DNA from: Veleropilina oligotropha
Taxonomy: Eukaryota
Direction: 5' to 3'
DNA: 64,000 nt
Assembly: GCA_048128005.1 (NCBI GenBank)
Contig: JBEUKZ010000068.1
Coordinates: forward strand, 310,001-374,000
Both the position numbers and the translations under genes were made by a program. The notes beneath the pieces were generated by a model that saw only the letters and a program-made list of their open reading frames with translations, made no database searches and was not told where the DNA came from. This document shows, in pieces, positions 36,144 to 48,505 of the stretch. Numbering within the stretch: position 1 is the stretch's first letter; every line of letters starts with the position of its first letter.

Positions 36144-37999
36144 CCATCAGCTGGGCCACTCTGGCGCTTGACTCCTGTTGGGTTGTCTGGTCCTAGATTT
36201 CGGCCTGCGTTCTTGTTGTATGACCCATCTGCAAACTCGTCGCATGTCGTTCTCCGGGATGCGTGCGCAGCATTCCGGTGACCATTGACTTGCGGGTCAT
36301 CGTGCTGGTCACAGCAACGCCAAACTCCTGCTGTATGCATTTTGAAAAAGTCGACGACGACATGGTCTCACCTTTGAAAGTTGCAAATACTGTCGATGAT
36401 CTCGCCAGGGTCTTCCTCGGCCCATGCCCATGTATAGGCCGCCGAAGTTTGTCTATGAAGGTCTGTACTTGTTGGTACAGTTTTAAAGTGACCGCTATGG
36501 TCGCAGGACCCTGCTGGCTAGTCTTATGATCCATTATGCTGATGACCCTTCGGTCGGCAATCACACTTGCGGTCGTGAACTCATCAAGTGTCATATTCTT
36601 AATAGCTCCGGCTCGCTGTGCCGAAGCTAGCATCATCTGTGCAATTAAATATGTCTGCACCAGGCGGAACGATGCAGAGCTTAAAGGGTCGTCAGTGAAT
36701 ACACTGCTATGTAGGCCATCTAGAATTTTGATGGCAGCAATTGCCCGCTCCCTCTCATCCAGCTGATGTACCATCCCAGGCGTTACCATTTTTCCTAAAA
36801 AATGGAAATTGGAAAACAGTAAGTAATACATTCATCTTTATTTCGTCGTAACCTATATATAATTATCTTATTATTCAAACAATCATTTTAAGCCTAATTT
36901 AGCGGGGCATGTGAGTGCTTGTTGCGCGATTTTGCTACCTACAATATTTACGATGGGATTGGATCGATTTTTCATGATCTGTATATTTGCAACCATCAGT
37001 TTCAAATCCGAAAATTTGCATATTATTCATACCCATCCTATTCAATTAGTTACGGATAACTGTGATTCATAGCTGGACAAATAATACCAATCCTCCACCT
37101 ATATTGTCATAAATCATTACAATTAGTTACGGTTAACACGCATACCTCTGTCTCTTAGCCGCGTCTCGTATTTACGAATTTTTCTTGCTTTCGCAATGGT
37201 TTTCCGCCATCCTTGAATCGCAAGTCGTAGCATATGTGATTGATGCTTGTTGGTCAATTCCTCCAGGTCAAGAAAACCGACAAACGTTTTGAGTGAATTG
37301 AGATATGCGCAGGCCGTTCCTGGCTGGGCAGCTTCCCGCAGCCTATCGAGGCATGTGCTCCGAAAGATCTTCCTGTCCAGCATCTCGGCCAGAACGAAGT
37401 CGGGAGACATTTCCGACCACATCGCAGACACATCGTGTATTAATTTTTCTACCGCTCGGGGATTTCGCTCGCCACCATCGCATGTCTCCAAATACACTCG
37501 AAATTTCTGCAGTAATATGGTTGCCTTTGATGTTAACGGTCTGATGGTAAATATCGACCCAGGGCTTGCCTATAAAGGTAAAAAAATATTTAATACAGGT
37601 TGCCAAAAAAATCATTGCCAAAGAGAGCTTACATTGACAAGTGCTAAAAGAAGGCATGCCCCATATATATTTAAGAACATCCTATCAAACATTACCTATT
37701 ATAGTTTAGAGAAAAAAATTGTTCTTACCTTACGCACCTTCGGCGCACTTTCGTACTCAGATTCTGAGCCTTCCCTGCTTTCGGAATACTAAAAAAACCA
37801 ATGCAATTTACTAGTTCAGGGTTACATCGTATGGTCAATAGTGCCAACTCTGAAATGATTAGAATTATTTGCTCAGTTGTGATTCACACTTGTCGAAGAC
37901 TGTGGGTTAAGGTTGTGTTCGCAGATCTGGTGAAGGTCAGTGTGTTCTGCATCTATGAACTTGCCATGCCATATCACATATATAGGACATTAAGTATGG

Positions 38000-40900
38000 A
38001 TCTGATCCTATCAAAAGTACATAATTTTCAATGCTTACATCCGGATCTTGGTCCGAGTCGTCATGTTCCGATGACGAACGTGCGGAAGAAGGATGCTTCA
38101 CGATGGATTTAGATACTGGCTACAAGCAAAAACAGAGTCGACCAACATAATTATTGCTATAAAACCACAGATAACGCAAGTTATATTTGACAACAATTAA
38201 TTATCCTTATCATACCATAAAGAATTTTAATGGAAATTAATTGTCTTGGTTGGAACACTGGCATTTTTTGTTCAGTTATGAATCACCGTTGACCGTAACT
38301 GGTCAAAGATGGTGGCCTAAGGTTGGGTCGCATATCTGGTGAGGGTAAGTGTGTTCTACATCTTTATGATGCCGGCATGGCCGACCCTAATCTTAGATGT
38401 CCTGTTTTAAAGGAGATGTCTGTAAATATATGACATTAAGTATGGATAAAATCCAACCAAGAGTACATAATTTTCAATACTTACATCCGGATCCTCATCA
38501 ACAGCATGGAGAGAGTCATCGGCCTTCCTCGCTGTTGGCGTTGCGTGTATTTCCACCTGCAAACAAAACAGAGTGGACAAATAAATTATTTATTACAATT
38601 AATTATCCTTATCCTGTGATAAATAGATGACCCAAACAATCTTTGATTATAATTAATTAACCTTTCCATACTAGAAAGAATGTTAGTTGAAGGTAATTAC
38701 GAAAGACTAAAGAGCTGGGTACGTACAGCAGTCACAAAGGAACTCTCTGGTAGTTCCTGATGTTCTGCTTGTGCCGATCGGTAAGATGCCAGAATATGTT
38801 GAACGAAATCATCTTCGCTTTGGTTCTACAAGCAAAACAAATAATTTTGGATTATAATCAATTATCATTATTTTATCATAAAAACAAAGATGACCCAAAT
38901 AATCTTTGATCATATTTAAGTATCCATATTATACTAGAAATGATTATAATGGAAGGTAGTTATGCAAAACCCAAGAGCAAAGTACTTACGCCAGTTGCCT
39001 TCACCTTCTTGGATGATGGCGGCTTTGTATGTTCTCCATCCTGTGAACAAACCACATTTATAAGATGTAATTATAAATGCTGCCATGACCATCTCATCAA
39101 TTGACAATATTGTCTAGTTATAATTAAGTACCCTTATCTTATCATATAAACAAAGATGACCCAAATAATCTTTGATCATATTTAAGTATCCTTATCATAC
39201 TAGAAATGATTATAATGGAAGGTAGTTATACAAAACCGAAGAGCTAAATACTAACTGCAGGTAACGGGCTTAGCCTTTTAAGTTTACTCCTTGGCGTCGT
39301 TCGATGAGCATCGATTTGCACCTACAAGTAAATCAAATATTAATTTAATGGTCTTATAAAGCGAGTTTTACATAAAGGTCTCCATGAGCAAACCCTTGAT
39401 TATAATTAATTATCCTTCTCCTTTAATGATAACAAAGGATGCCCAAACAATTTTTGATTATGCATCTGAAGGACAATTTGCATGTGCTTCCTCCTGTGAA
39501 CAAACCCCATTTATAAGATGTATTTTCAAATGCTACCATGACCAGTTCGCCAATGTTATAATTAAGTATCCTTATCATGCTAGAAAGGAATATAATGGAA
39601 GGTGGTTATGAAAAACCCAAGAGCTAAGTAATTACGGAGGTTAGCGTATCCACTGAGCCCACTGGTATGGTGGCGGTTACCGTCACCATTGGGGCACGAC
39701 GACCATCATCAACATCGGTTTGCACCTACAAGGAAAACAAATAATAATAATTTAATGGTCATATCAAGCGAGTTTTACATAAATGTCTCAATGAGCTAAC
39801 CGTTGATTATAATTAATTTTCCTTATCCTTTAATGATAACAAAGGATGCCCAAACAATTTTTGATTAGCCAGCTGAAGGACGATTTGCATGTTCTTCCTC
39901 CTGTGAACAAACCACATTTATAAGATGTAATTGCAAATGCTACCATGACCATCTCAATTGCATTATTGTATAGTCATAATTACGTATCATTATCATACTA
40001 GAAAGGATTATAATGGAAGGTGGTTATGCAAAACACAAGTGCTAATTAATTACGGTGGTTAGCGTATCCATTAAGCCCACTGGTATGGCAGTTACCGTCA
40101 CCATTGGGGCATGACGATCATCCTCATCGGTTTGCACCTACAAGTAAAACAAATAATAATAATTTAATGGTCATATAAAGCGAGTTTTACATAAATGTCT
40201 CAATGAGCTAACCGTTGATTATAATTAATTTTCCTTATCCTTTAATGATAACAAAGGTCAGTGATTTTGTCTAGCAACTCATTTAATCAAGGATCATGTA
40301 TGTTATAATGGAATAAAATATTTATGACTCTAAGTCAACCATACTGGTTCCTCCTCTGAGGTGTCGTCAGTTTGAATTATCCCACCCATTGCCGCGGGTG
40401 GCATCAGGGTGGCTCCGATGAAATAAAGACATCAACAAGTGTTGTTGCTTTTGCCCTTAGCGAAGGCCAGTGATTTTGTCTAGCAACTCATTTAATCAAG
40501 GATCATGCACGCTATAAAGGAATAAAATATTTATAAATCTAAGTCAAACATACCGATTCCTCCTCCGAGGTTTCCTCGTGTGCCGCGGGTGGCGACGGGG
40601 TGCTTGGCGTGCGCTGAAATGAAGACAACAAATTGGCAATTGATCACTAGAATGTCATAATTCTCACCGTTCCAATGAAATTGAGACATCAACAAGTGTT
40701 GTTGCCTTTGCCCTTAGCTAAGGTTAGTGATTTTGTCTAGCAACTCATTTAATCAAGGATCATGCATGTTATAATGGAATAAAATATTTATGACGCTAAG
40801 TCAAACATACCCGATGGTTGCCGCATGTGGACGCTGCCGCATGAGGCACATCACCATATGTGGCCTCTCCCACATGTGGCATAAAAGTGGACTGAAATGA

Positions 40901-41910
40901 AGAAATTGATCACTAGAAAGTCATACTTCGCACCATTCCGATGATATAAAGACATCAACAAGTGTTGTTGCCTTTGCCCTTAGCGAAGGTCAGTGATTTT
41001 GTCTACCAACTCATTTAATCAAGGATCATGCACACTTTAAAGGAATAAAATATGTATAAATCTAAGTCAAACATACCGGTTCCTCCTCTGAGGTGTCCTC
41101 AGTCTGCAATAACCCACCCATTGCCACGGGTGGCATCAGGGTGGCTCCGATGAAATAAAGACATCAACAAGTGTTGTTGCTTTTGCCCTTAGCGAAGGCC
41201 AGTGCTTTTGTCTAGCAACTCATTTAATCAAGGATCATGCACGCTATAAAGGAATAAAATATTTATCAATCTAAGTCAAACATACCGGTTCCTCCTGTGC
41301 CGCGGGTGGCGTCAGGGTGCTTGGCGTGCGCTGAAATGAAGACAACAAATTGGCAATTGATCACTAGAATGTCATAATTCTCACCGTTCCGATGAAATAA
41401 ACACATCAACAAGTGTTGTTGCTTTTGCCCTTAGCGAAGGCCAGTGATTTTGTATAGCAACTCATTTAATCAAGGATCATGCACGCTATAAAGGAATAAA
41501 ATATTTATAAATCTAAGTCAAACATACCGGTTCCTCCTCTGAGGTTTCGTCGGATTGGAATAATCCACCCATTGGCGTGCGCTGAAATGAAGACAACAAA
41601 TTGGTAATTGATCACTAGAATGTCATAATTCTCACCGTTCCAATGAAATTAAGACATCAACAAGTGTTGTTGCCTTTGCCTTTAGCGAAGGTCAGTGATT
41701 TTGTATAGCAACTTATTTAATCAAGCATCATGCATGCTATAAAGGAATAAAATATTTATAAATCTAAGTCAAACATACCGGTTCCTCCTCTGAGGTCACT
41801 AGAATGTCATAATTCACACCGTTCCATTGATATAAAGACATCAACAAGTGTTGTTGCCTTTGCCCTTAGCGAAAGTCAGTGATTTTGTCTAGCAACTCAT
41901 TTAATCCAGG
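38000..41910. repeat. Two families of tandemly duplicated intron/micro-exon units inside the YR gene
   Basis: Recurrent intron blocks such as gacatcaacaagtgttgttgc...ctcatttaatcaaggatcatg...agtcaaacatac (40.2-41.9 kb) and tataatggaaggtagttatgcaaaac (38.6-40.2 kb), separated by variable GC-richer exons. Confidence 0.9.
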
Positions 41911-41960
41911 GTTAGCTTATTCTGAGATTTAAACATAATAGATGACATATCCGTAATGTA

Positions 41961-43472
41961 TACAGAGTCAAAAGAGAAACTTCACAAAATGTAATTTGAA
42001 AAAGTAATGAATAATTTTTCTCTGATGATACATCTATGTATCCGAAATGGGATCCCTATCTTTCGACGCTAGAAAAACGTTAGCAAACCCCCCTCAAACT
42101 CATCCATTCCTCGTGCAAATGACGTTAGTGCCAAATCAGGTTTTGCACGTGCAGTCGGTCACGTAATCTTCACATCGATGTTGATTTCATTTGCACTTGT
42201 TTGCATTGGCCTCAGGAATTGAAAAAACACTTTTAAACCACGGTTCTAATGGTACTTTAAATGCCACGATTGTCAAATGTGCAACGTGAACGTGCTGTTG
42301 GCATGTTACACGTGGGAAGATCAGTTATTGACGTCGCAAGAGCAATGGGATGCAGCCGTCGTACTGTGTATGACTTGCGAATTCGTCTACAAGAAACTGA
42401 TCGCCCAAGGTCGGGTCGTCCACGTGTAACGTCACGAGCAGAAGACCGTTACATCGTCCTACGTCACCTACGTGACAGATTTCTGCCGGCTGCACGAACC
42501 AGGGCTGAGAAGTTTAGAGGTCGACTGTCCTCACAGACCATTCGCAATCGGTTGCGGGCTGCCAATCTCCATCCTCGACGTCCATATCGTGGGCCAATAT
42601 TTACGCCATTTCATCGACGTCAACGTCTGCTGTGGGCCCAACGTCACCTCCGATGGACCCAAAGAGACTGGAATCGAGTCGTCTTTAGCGATGAATCAAG
42701 GTTTACCCTCAGATTCGCGGACGGCAGGCATAGAGTCTGGAGACGACGTCGTGAACGGTATGCCCAGTGTTGTGTGCAGGAAGTGGACATATTCGGGGGC
42801 GGAAGTTGCATGGTGTGGGGTGCTTTCTGTGGGAACAACCATTCTCGACTTCTGGTCATTCGTGGAAACATCACAGCTGCTGCTTATCGCGACCAGGTGC
42901 TCACCCCTGATTTCATGGCGGCTCATGGCCTAGGTCTACATTTCCAGCATGATAATGCGCTGCCGCATACCGCGATGTTGACATGAAATTTCCTTCAAAA
43001 CGCTGGAATCAACGTCATGGACTGGCCATCAAGGTCCCCTGACCTTAATCCAATCGAGCACGTTTGGGATGCACTTGGGAGAAGGCTTCGTGGTCTTAGA
43101 CACCAACCACATAATTTGCAGGAACTTGGCGCTGCCTTGCAAGAGCAATGGCGCAGAATCCCCAACCACGTGTTCACAAACATCAGGCGGTCGATGAGGA
43201 GATGGTGTTTGGCAGTGGTGAATGCGCGAGGCGGCCATACACGATATTGAACTGAGAAATTTCGAATTTCCATTCTTGTGACTTGACATTCTGTATACAC
43301 ATGTTTTGGAACGGCGGTGTAGCCTAATGGAACTGATTGTGGCACCGTCAGTGTATCGAGTACATCACACACATCTCAGCAATGAAATAATAACAATTTA
43401 ACCATTTTACCATCTCTTGTTCTTTTTTAGTGCCCAGAAGAAAGAATGTGAAGTTTCTTTTTTGACTCAGTA
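41961..43472 (+). mobile_element. Tc1-like DNA transposon in the first coding intron of the YR gene
   Basis: ~26-bp TIRs tacagagtcaaaagagaaacttcaca / tgtgaagtttcttttttgactcagta, TA on both sides. Confidence 0.92.
42261..43250 (+). pseudogene. Tc1 transposase (DD34E) with an in-frame stop at 42984-42986
   Basis: N-terminal HTH, GRPR, VFSDES, QHDNA and WPSRSPDLNPIE; 34 codons between the second D and the E. Confidence 0.92.
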
Positions 43473-44170
43473 TATGTTGATCAGATCGAAGTGAGACATT
43501 AAACTGCATGACCCGACTGCATTAAGGCAGAAAAAAGCGATATTGGTCATAAAACAAAGTTGTCAACTCAACCTAGGCTACTATATCATGTATGCTTACC
43601 ATCATATTTGCCCTCTGCAAAAGTCGAAGCAGCCTGGGGGAATTGGCCTGAATACGATGGTGTTCTATTAGGTGCCTATCCATCTTTTTACACCTGGTGG
43701 TGCATTCCGGCACAGGGCAAGCAACTGGCTCGTTGTACCGCGATGGAGCCGGACGGATCTTTATCTCTGGATGGAATGCCAGCATATGCCTGGGTAAATT
43801 AACTTGCTGTGAGCCGCATTCTAAGCACGTCTTTCTAGGGCGCCCACCTGCCCTTAATGCCCGGTCATGGCGGTCAGGGCCCCTCTTTCGCCTTTCCAAA
43901 GTTGTTGAAGGAATGCTCATCAGGCTGACATCTGACGAATCGGATGAATCGCTATCCATTTTATCTAAATAAAAATGTATAAAATTAATCACTAAACAGA
44001 TCTAAACAGATCAAAAGATCTTCGTAATAATGCAAAGTTTATGAAAATCGGTGCAGGGAGAGAACCGCTAGAGGAAAAAGCACTAATCACACTGTTTAGG
44101 AGACAGAACTTTTCGATAAATCTGAAGTATATTTACCCTAAACATATTTAGATGGTATACGCATATCAAG

Positions 44171-45288
44171 ACATTAAATTCGGGTGCGTCTTTGGCTATA
44201 ATTTGGCTAGCCATGAGCGGAATTTCAAAAACTAGAAATTTCTGGAACGATATCGTTCAGAGGTTTTTGTAGATTCATATGTTTGTTCCTCTCTACGCTA
44301 GATGGCGCTGGGCGGTTGATTTGGGCCCAAAACATTAAATTCGGGTGCGTCTTTGGCTATAATTTGGCTAGCCATTAGCGGAATTTCAAAAACAAGAAAT
44401 TTCTGGAACGATATCGTTCAGAGGTTTTTGTAGATTCATATGTTTGTTCCTCTCTACGCTAGATGGCGCTGGACGGTTGATTTGGGCCCAAAACATTAAA
44501 TTCGGGTGCGTCTTTGGCTATAATTTGGCTAGCCATGAGCGGAATTTCAAAAACTAGAAATTTCTGGAACGATATCGTTCAGAGGTTTTTGTAGATACCA
44601 AGTTTTGGAAGATCGGTGAAGGCATCGCGAAGTTCTGGCAGAATTGTCGCAGAAGACAAATTGTGCCAATTAAGTCTAATTGTTGCATTTGTCAGACACT
44701 TCATACAATTAAGTTTAATTGTCACATGTTGTCAAACACTAGGTACAATTAAGTCTAATTGTCACATATGTCCCAGAAGAAAAATGTGCCAATTAGACAT
44801 AATTGTACCTAGTGTCAGACTAAAGGTGACAATAGACTTAATTGGCCCAAGTGTCTGAGAAATGTGACAATTAGATTTAATTGTAACAATTTGTCTTCTG
44901 CGACAATTCTGACCAGAACTTCGCGATGCCTTCACCGATCTTCCAAAACTTGGTATCTACAAAAACCTCTGAACGATATCGTTCCAGAAATTTCTAGTTT
45001 TTGAAATTCCGCTCATGGCTAGCCAAATTATAGCCAAAGACGCACCCGAATTTAATGTTTGGGGCCCAAATCAACCGCCCAGCGCCATCTAGCGTAGAGA
45101 GGAACAAACATATGAATCTACAAAAACCTCTGAACGATATCGTTCCAGAAATTTCTAGTTTTTGCAATTCCGCTCATGGCTAGCCAAATTATAGCCAAAG
45201 ACGCACCCGAATTTAATGTTTTGGGCCCAAATCAATCGCCCAGCGCCATCTAGCATAGAGAGGAGCAAACATATGAATCTACAAAAAC
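44171..45288. repeat. ~1.1-kb imperfect palindrome: 161-bp tandem units and a ~70-bp unique arm on each side of a core with six CAATTA-N4-TAATTG-type dyads
   Basis: Units start at 44171, 44332 and 44493 and are mirrored at 44955-45288; axis near 44775; a further unit fragment at 47521-47606. Confidence 0.93.
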
Positions 45289-46599
45289 ACGATATTATCG
45301 CACTTTCGGAACCCTGGGCACATAGTCAAACAAATTATTCAATAGCAAATTAGAAACCCTTACCTCTCTGAGTCCAGTATTAGAGTGGCAATTGCCTCTG
45401 AGGCAAACTTTTTTAACATTACAAATTTTTATAATCGTATCTTTTCAACCCCTATTACGGACACAAATATTACAAAATAAATATATTGCAAGACATCAAT
45501 TTATTCTTTGTCCATTTCTGATCAAAATAGCGAAGAGAAAAGAAAAAATAACAATAGGTACAACCGGTCAGAATTTTTTTTCCACATGGTGAAAATTCGT
45601 CAATTCCAATTACGCCAAGTCCGATAAATCTGTGAACACTTGGAATGTTTTCACTTTTAGAATATCTTTAGTTAAAATATACCGTGACGCATAAATGACA
45701 TGAGTTTTGTTAACGTGGTACAAACGATGTGGCTTCTGGAAGGAAATAACGGGCTAAAAATTGTCATTTTGGGGCTATTTTTATGCTAATTTTCAAGACC
45801 AAAATTATATATGAAATATTTATAATACAATAATACATGCTAATATATTTGAAAGCACGTTCTCTTCCGAAGCAGATGCTGAAAACCAAACGACATTATC
45901 GATAATACTTACCGAGTAATACCCTGCCTAACCATGCCCCTACCCCTAACTGCTGTAAAGACTGAAAAACGAACCAACAGACATAAATCTACGGAATACT
46001 TACTAGTTATTCCACCTTGTTTGTATTTTCCTAAAAGAGTATGATTTTTTAGAGATTTTGATACCATCCTTACCTCTCTGAGACCAGTATTAGAGTGGCA
46101 ATTGCCTCTGAGGCAAAGGGGTACTATGAATTTTATAACTAACGTCGAACTCTAAAAAAGTTTGACGGGGAAGAACTCAGCAACGACTTGTTCGATTGGA
46201 ACCAAATTTGGCAAATCTCTCTATCATCAGGAGTTGTAGGTTCTATTACAATATGAGCACGATGGCAAAAGTGGATCCAGATTTATCGCTGTTTGAAAAT
46301 TTATAAATGGATTAATTCGGCATCCATTTTTTAGTTTGGGACAAAACTTTCCAATAAGGACGGCAGTGAGATTATAAAGCGATCTGCCAAATTAGGTCGA
46401 TATCGCAAGATTATATCTAGAGTTTTCTCACTTTGAAGACCCATATTACAAGCTCCTGGATGATAATTCGACAACCGCTCAATTATATGCGACCAAATTT
46501 TGCAGGTTCCTTCGTTGTGACATTGACCAGCACTTTGCCAAATTTGGTCATAATCAAATGAGTAGTTGCCGCGTTACGAACTTTTAAGAATTTTCCACT

Positions 46600-47520
46600 A
46601 CCCCATAAGTACCGAAAATGGTTTAAAATTCGTAATTTAGCAATTACTCGTTCGATTATGACCAAATTTGGCAAAGAGCTCGTCGATCAAATACTACGCA
46701 TAGGAAAGATATCACCGTAACCAAATTCGAAAATGTAGTTCAAATATAGCATTTATCACAGTACGAAAATGCTTAAAAATTCATAGCTCGGCAAGTACTA
46801 GCTCGATTACGACCAAATTTAGCAACAAGCTCGTCAATCATATAACAAACAAGAAATAAATATCACTCTAACCTAAATCGAACATGTAGTTGATATATAT
46901 CATTTATCCCTATACGAAAATGCTTAAAAATTCAAAACTCAGCAACTACTAGCTCGATTGCGGCCAAATTTGGAAAAAAGCTCGTCAATCAAATAACAAA
47001 CAAGAAATAAATATCACCATGACCCAAATCAATAATGTAGTTCAAATATAGCATTTATCACAGTACGAAAATGCTTAAAAATTCATAGCTCGGCAAGTAC
47101 TAGCTCGATTACGACCAAAGTTTGCAAAAAGCTCGACAATCAAATACTAAACATAAAACAAATATCACCCTAACCTAAATCGACCATTTAGTTCAAATAT
47201 ACCATTTATCACAGTACGAAAAAGCTTAAAAATTCATAGCTCGGCAAGTACTAGCTCGATTATGACCAAATTTGGCAAATAGCTCGTCAATCAAATAACC
47301 AACAAAAAACAAATATCAACCCTAACCTAAATCGAACATTTAGTTCAAATATAGCATTTATCACAGTCCGAAAATGCTTAAAAATTCATAGCTCGGCAAG
47401 TACTAGCTCGATTACGACAAAATTTTGCAAAAAGCTCGACGATCAAATACTAAACATAAAACAAATATCACCCTAACCTAAATCGAACATTTAGTTCAAA
47501 TATACCATTTATCACAGTAC
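46600..47520. repeat. ~151-bp tandem satellite (about 6 copies, more diverged copies upstream), possibly the core of a Helentron/HINE-like element
   Basis: tacgaaaa anchor at 46762, 46913, 47064, 47215 and (variant) 47367; hairpin ttgcctctgaggcaa near 46100. Confidence 0.8.
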
Positions 47521-48505
47521 CAAAGACGCACCCGAATTTAATGTTTTGGGCCCAAATCAACCGCCCAGTGCTTTCTAGCGTAGAGAGGAACAAACATATG
47601 ATTCTAGGATTGCGCAACTGCAGTTAGGGAAGTATGACTATTAGCAGGATGACTAAGTATCTAAGTAGGTTGAAAGTTCATTGTACAAATCGTAATATAA
47701 TTAATATAATGACACTGGTGTTCCGATTGTAAGTCGTCACGTGAGTGTAAAATGTGAATTGGTGCTTCAAATAAAGTACTAATTAATAGGATTACAAATG
47801 CATTTGTTATGTGTATTCAATAATTGTTACTTAATAAAGTACTATGCATCATATACTGTAGTGTTACTTGCTAGTAGGGAGAAAGTTAATCGTCCTTAAT
47901 CGACATTACAAAAGACCATCCAAAACAAGTGGACTGCAGAGTAAGTAAACTATAATTGACATTAGTGACCCCCAGTCGGTTAGGGGTTAGAATATGCCGA
48001 CTGCTCTCCCTGCAGAGGGGTAAGATCCCCCCAAATGGGAGCCACCTGTTTGCCGTGGGTGGCGACCCGTGATGTTGGAGAAGAGGATCCTGGTAGTTGA
48101 GCTTCGGCCTCGGCTGAAGCAACACACTACTTTGGCCTCGGATTCAGCTAGACGGGAGGTCAGATAGGCCCTATCTGATCAATCGGCTTGTCACGCCGTG
48201 CCCTGGGATAATTTAACATTTTAAAGATAACATCATTTAAATTTTACTTTTTAAACCATGTCACATCATAGATCATTTACCATCCATTGATCTATATCCC
48301 AGAAGGCGGTGGCTGAAGGGTCAATCAAGTGAGGAATGAATGGTGGGATATACACTTCCCACCTCTAATATTCATTCACTTATTTGAGTATATCACCCGG
48401 GTATCCCTGGCATTGGGTGCCGGAACTCCGCACCTGTTAAATGCCCCCTTGTTGGGCTCCGGGGTGGGCGGGGACCTCGGGTGACGAATCACTACACACA
48501 ACACT

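Larger units (their letters stand above)
36144..43959 (-). pseudogene. Multi-exon zinc-finger plus tyrosine recombinase gene (Crypton-like or viral-type YR); nonsense codon at the catalytic Tyr, 3' end cut by LINE A5
   Basis: Exon 43959-43600 (CLEC..H..H, CPVPEC..H..H), 12 phase-0 micro-exons, exon 37569-37146 (phase 1), exon from 36794 with SAQRAGAIKNMTLDEF, DHKT, TMTRKS and MGHTTRTQAEI*; all GT-AG. Confidence 0.8.

Noticed and set aside
36144..37569. DIRS-type retroelement (YR next to RT/RNase H)
   Set aside because: The adjacent RNase H belongs to an opposite-strand LINE copy with its own 3' tail; the YR gene is intron-rich with no linked gag or RT
40240..41910. CRISPR-like look (constant repeats with variable spacers)
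   Set aside because: Repeats are ~150-220 bp introns with GT-AG ends, the 'spacers' are mutually related in-frame exons, there are no cas genes and the context is eukaryotic
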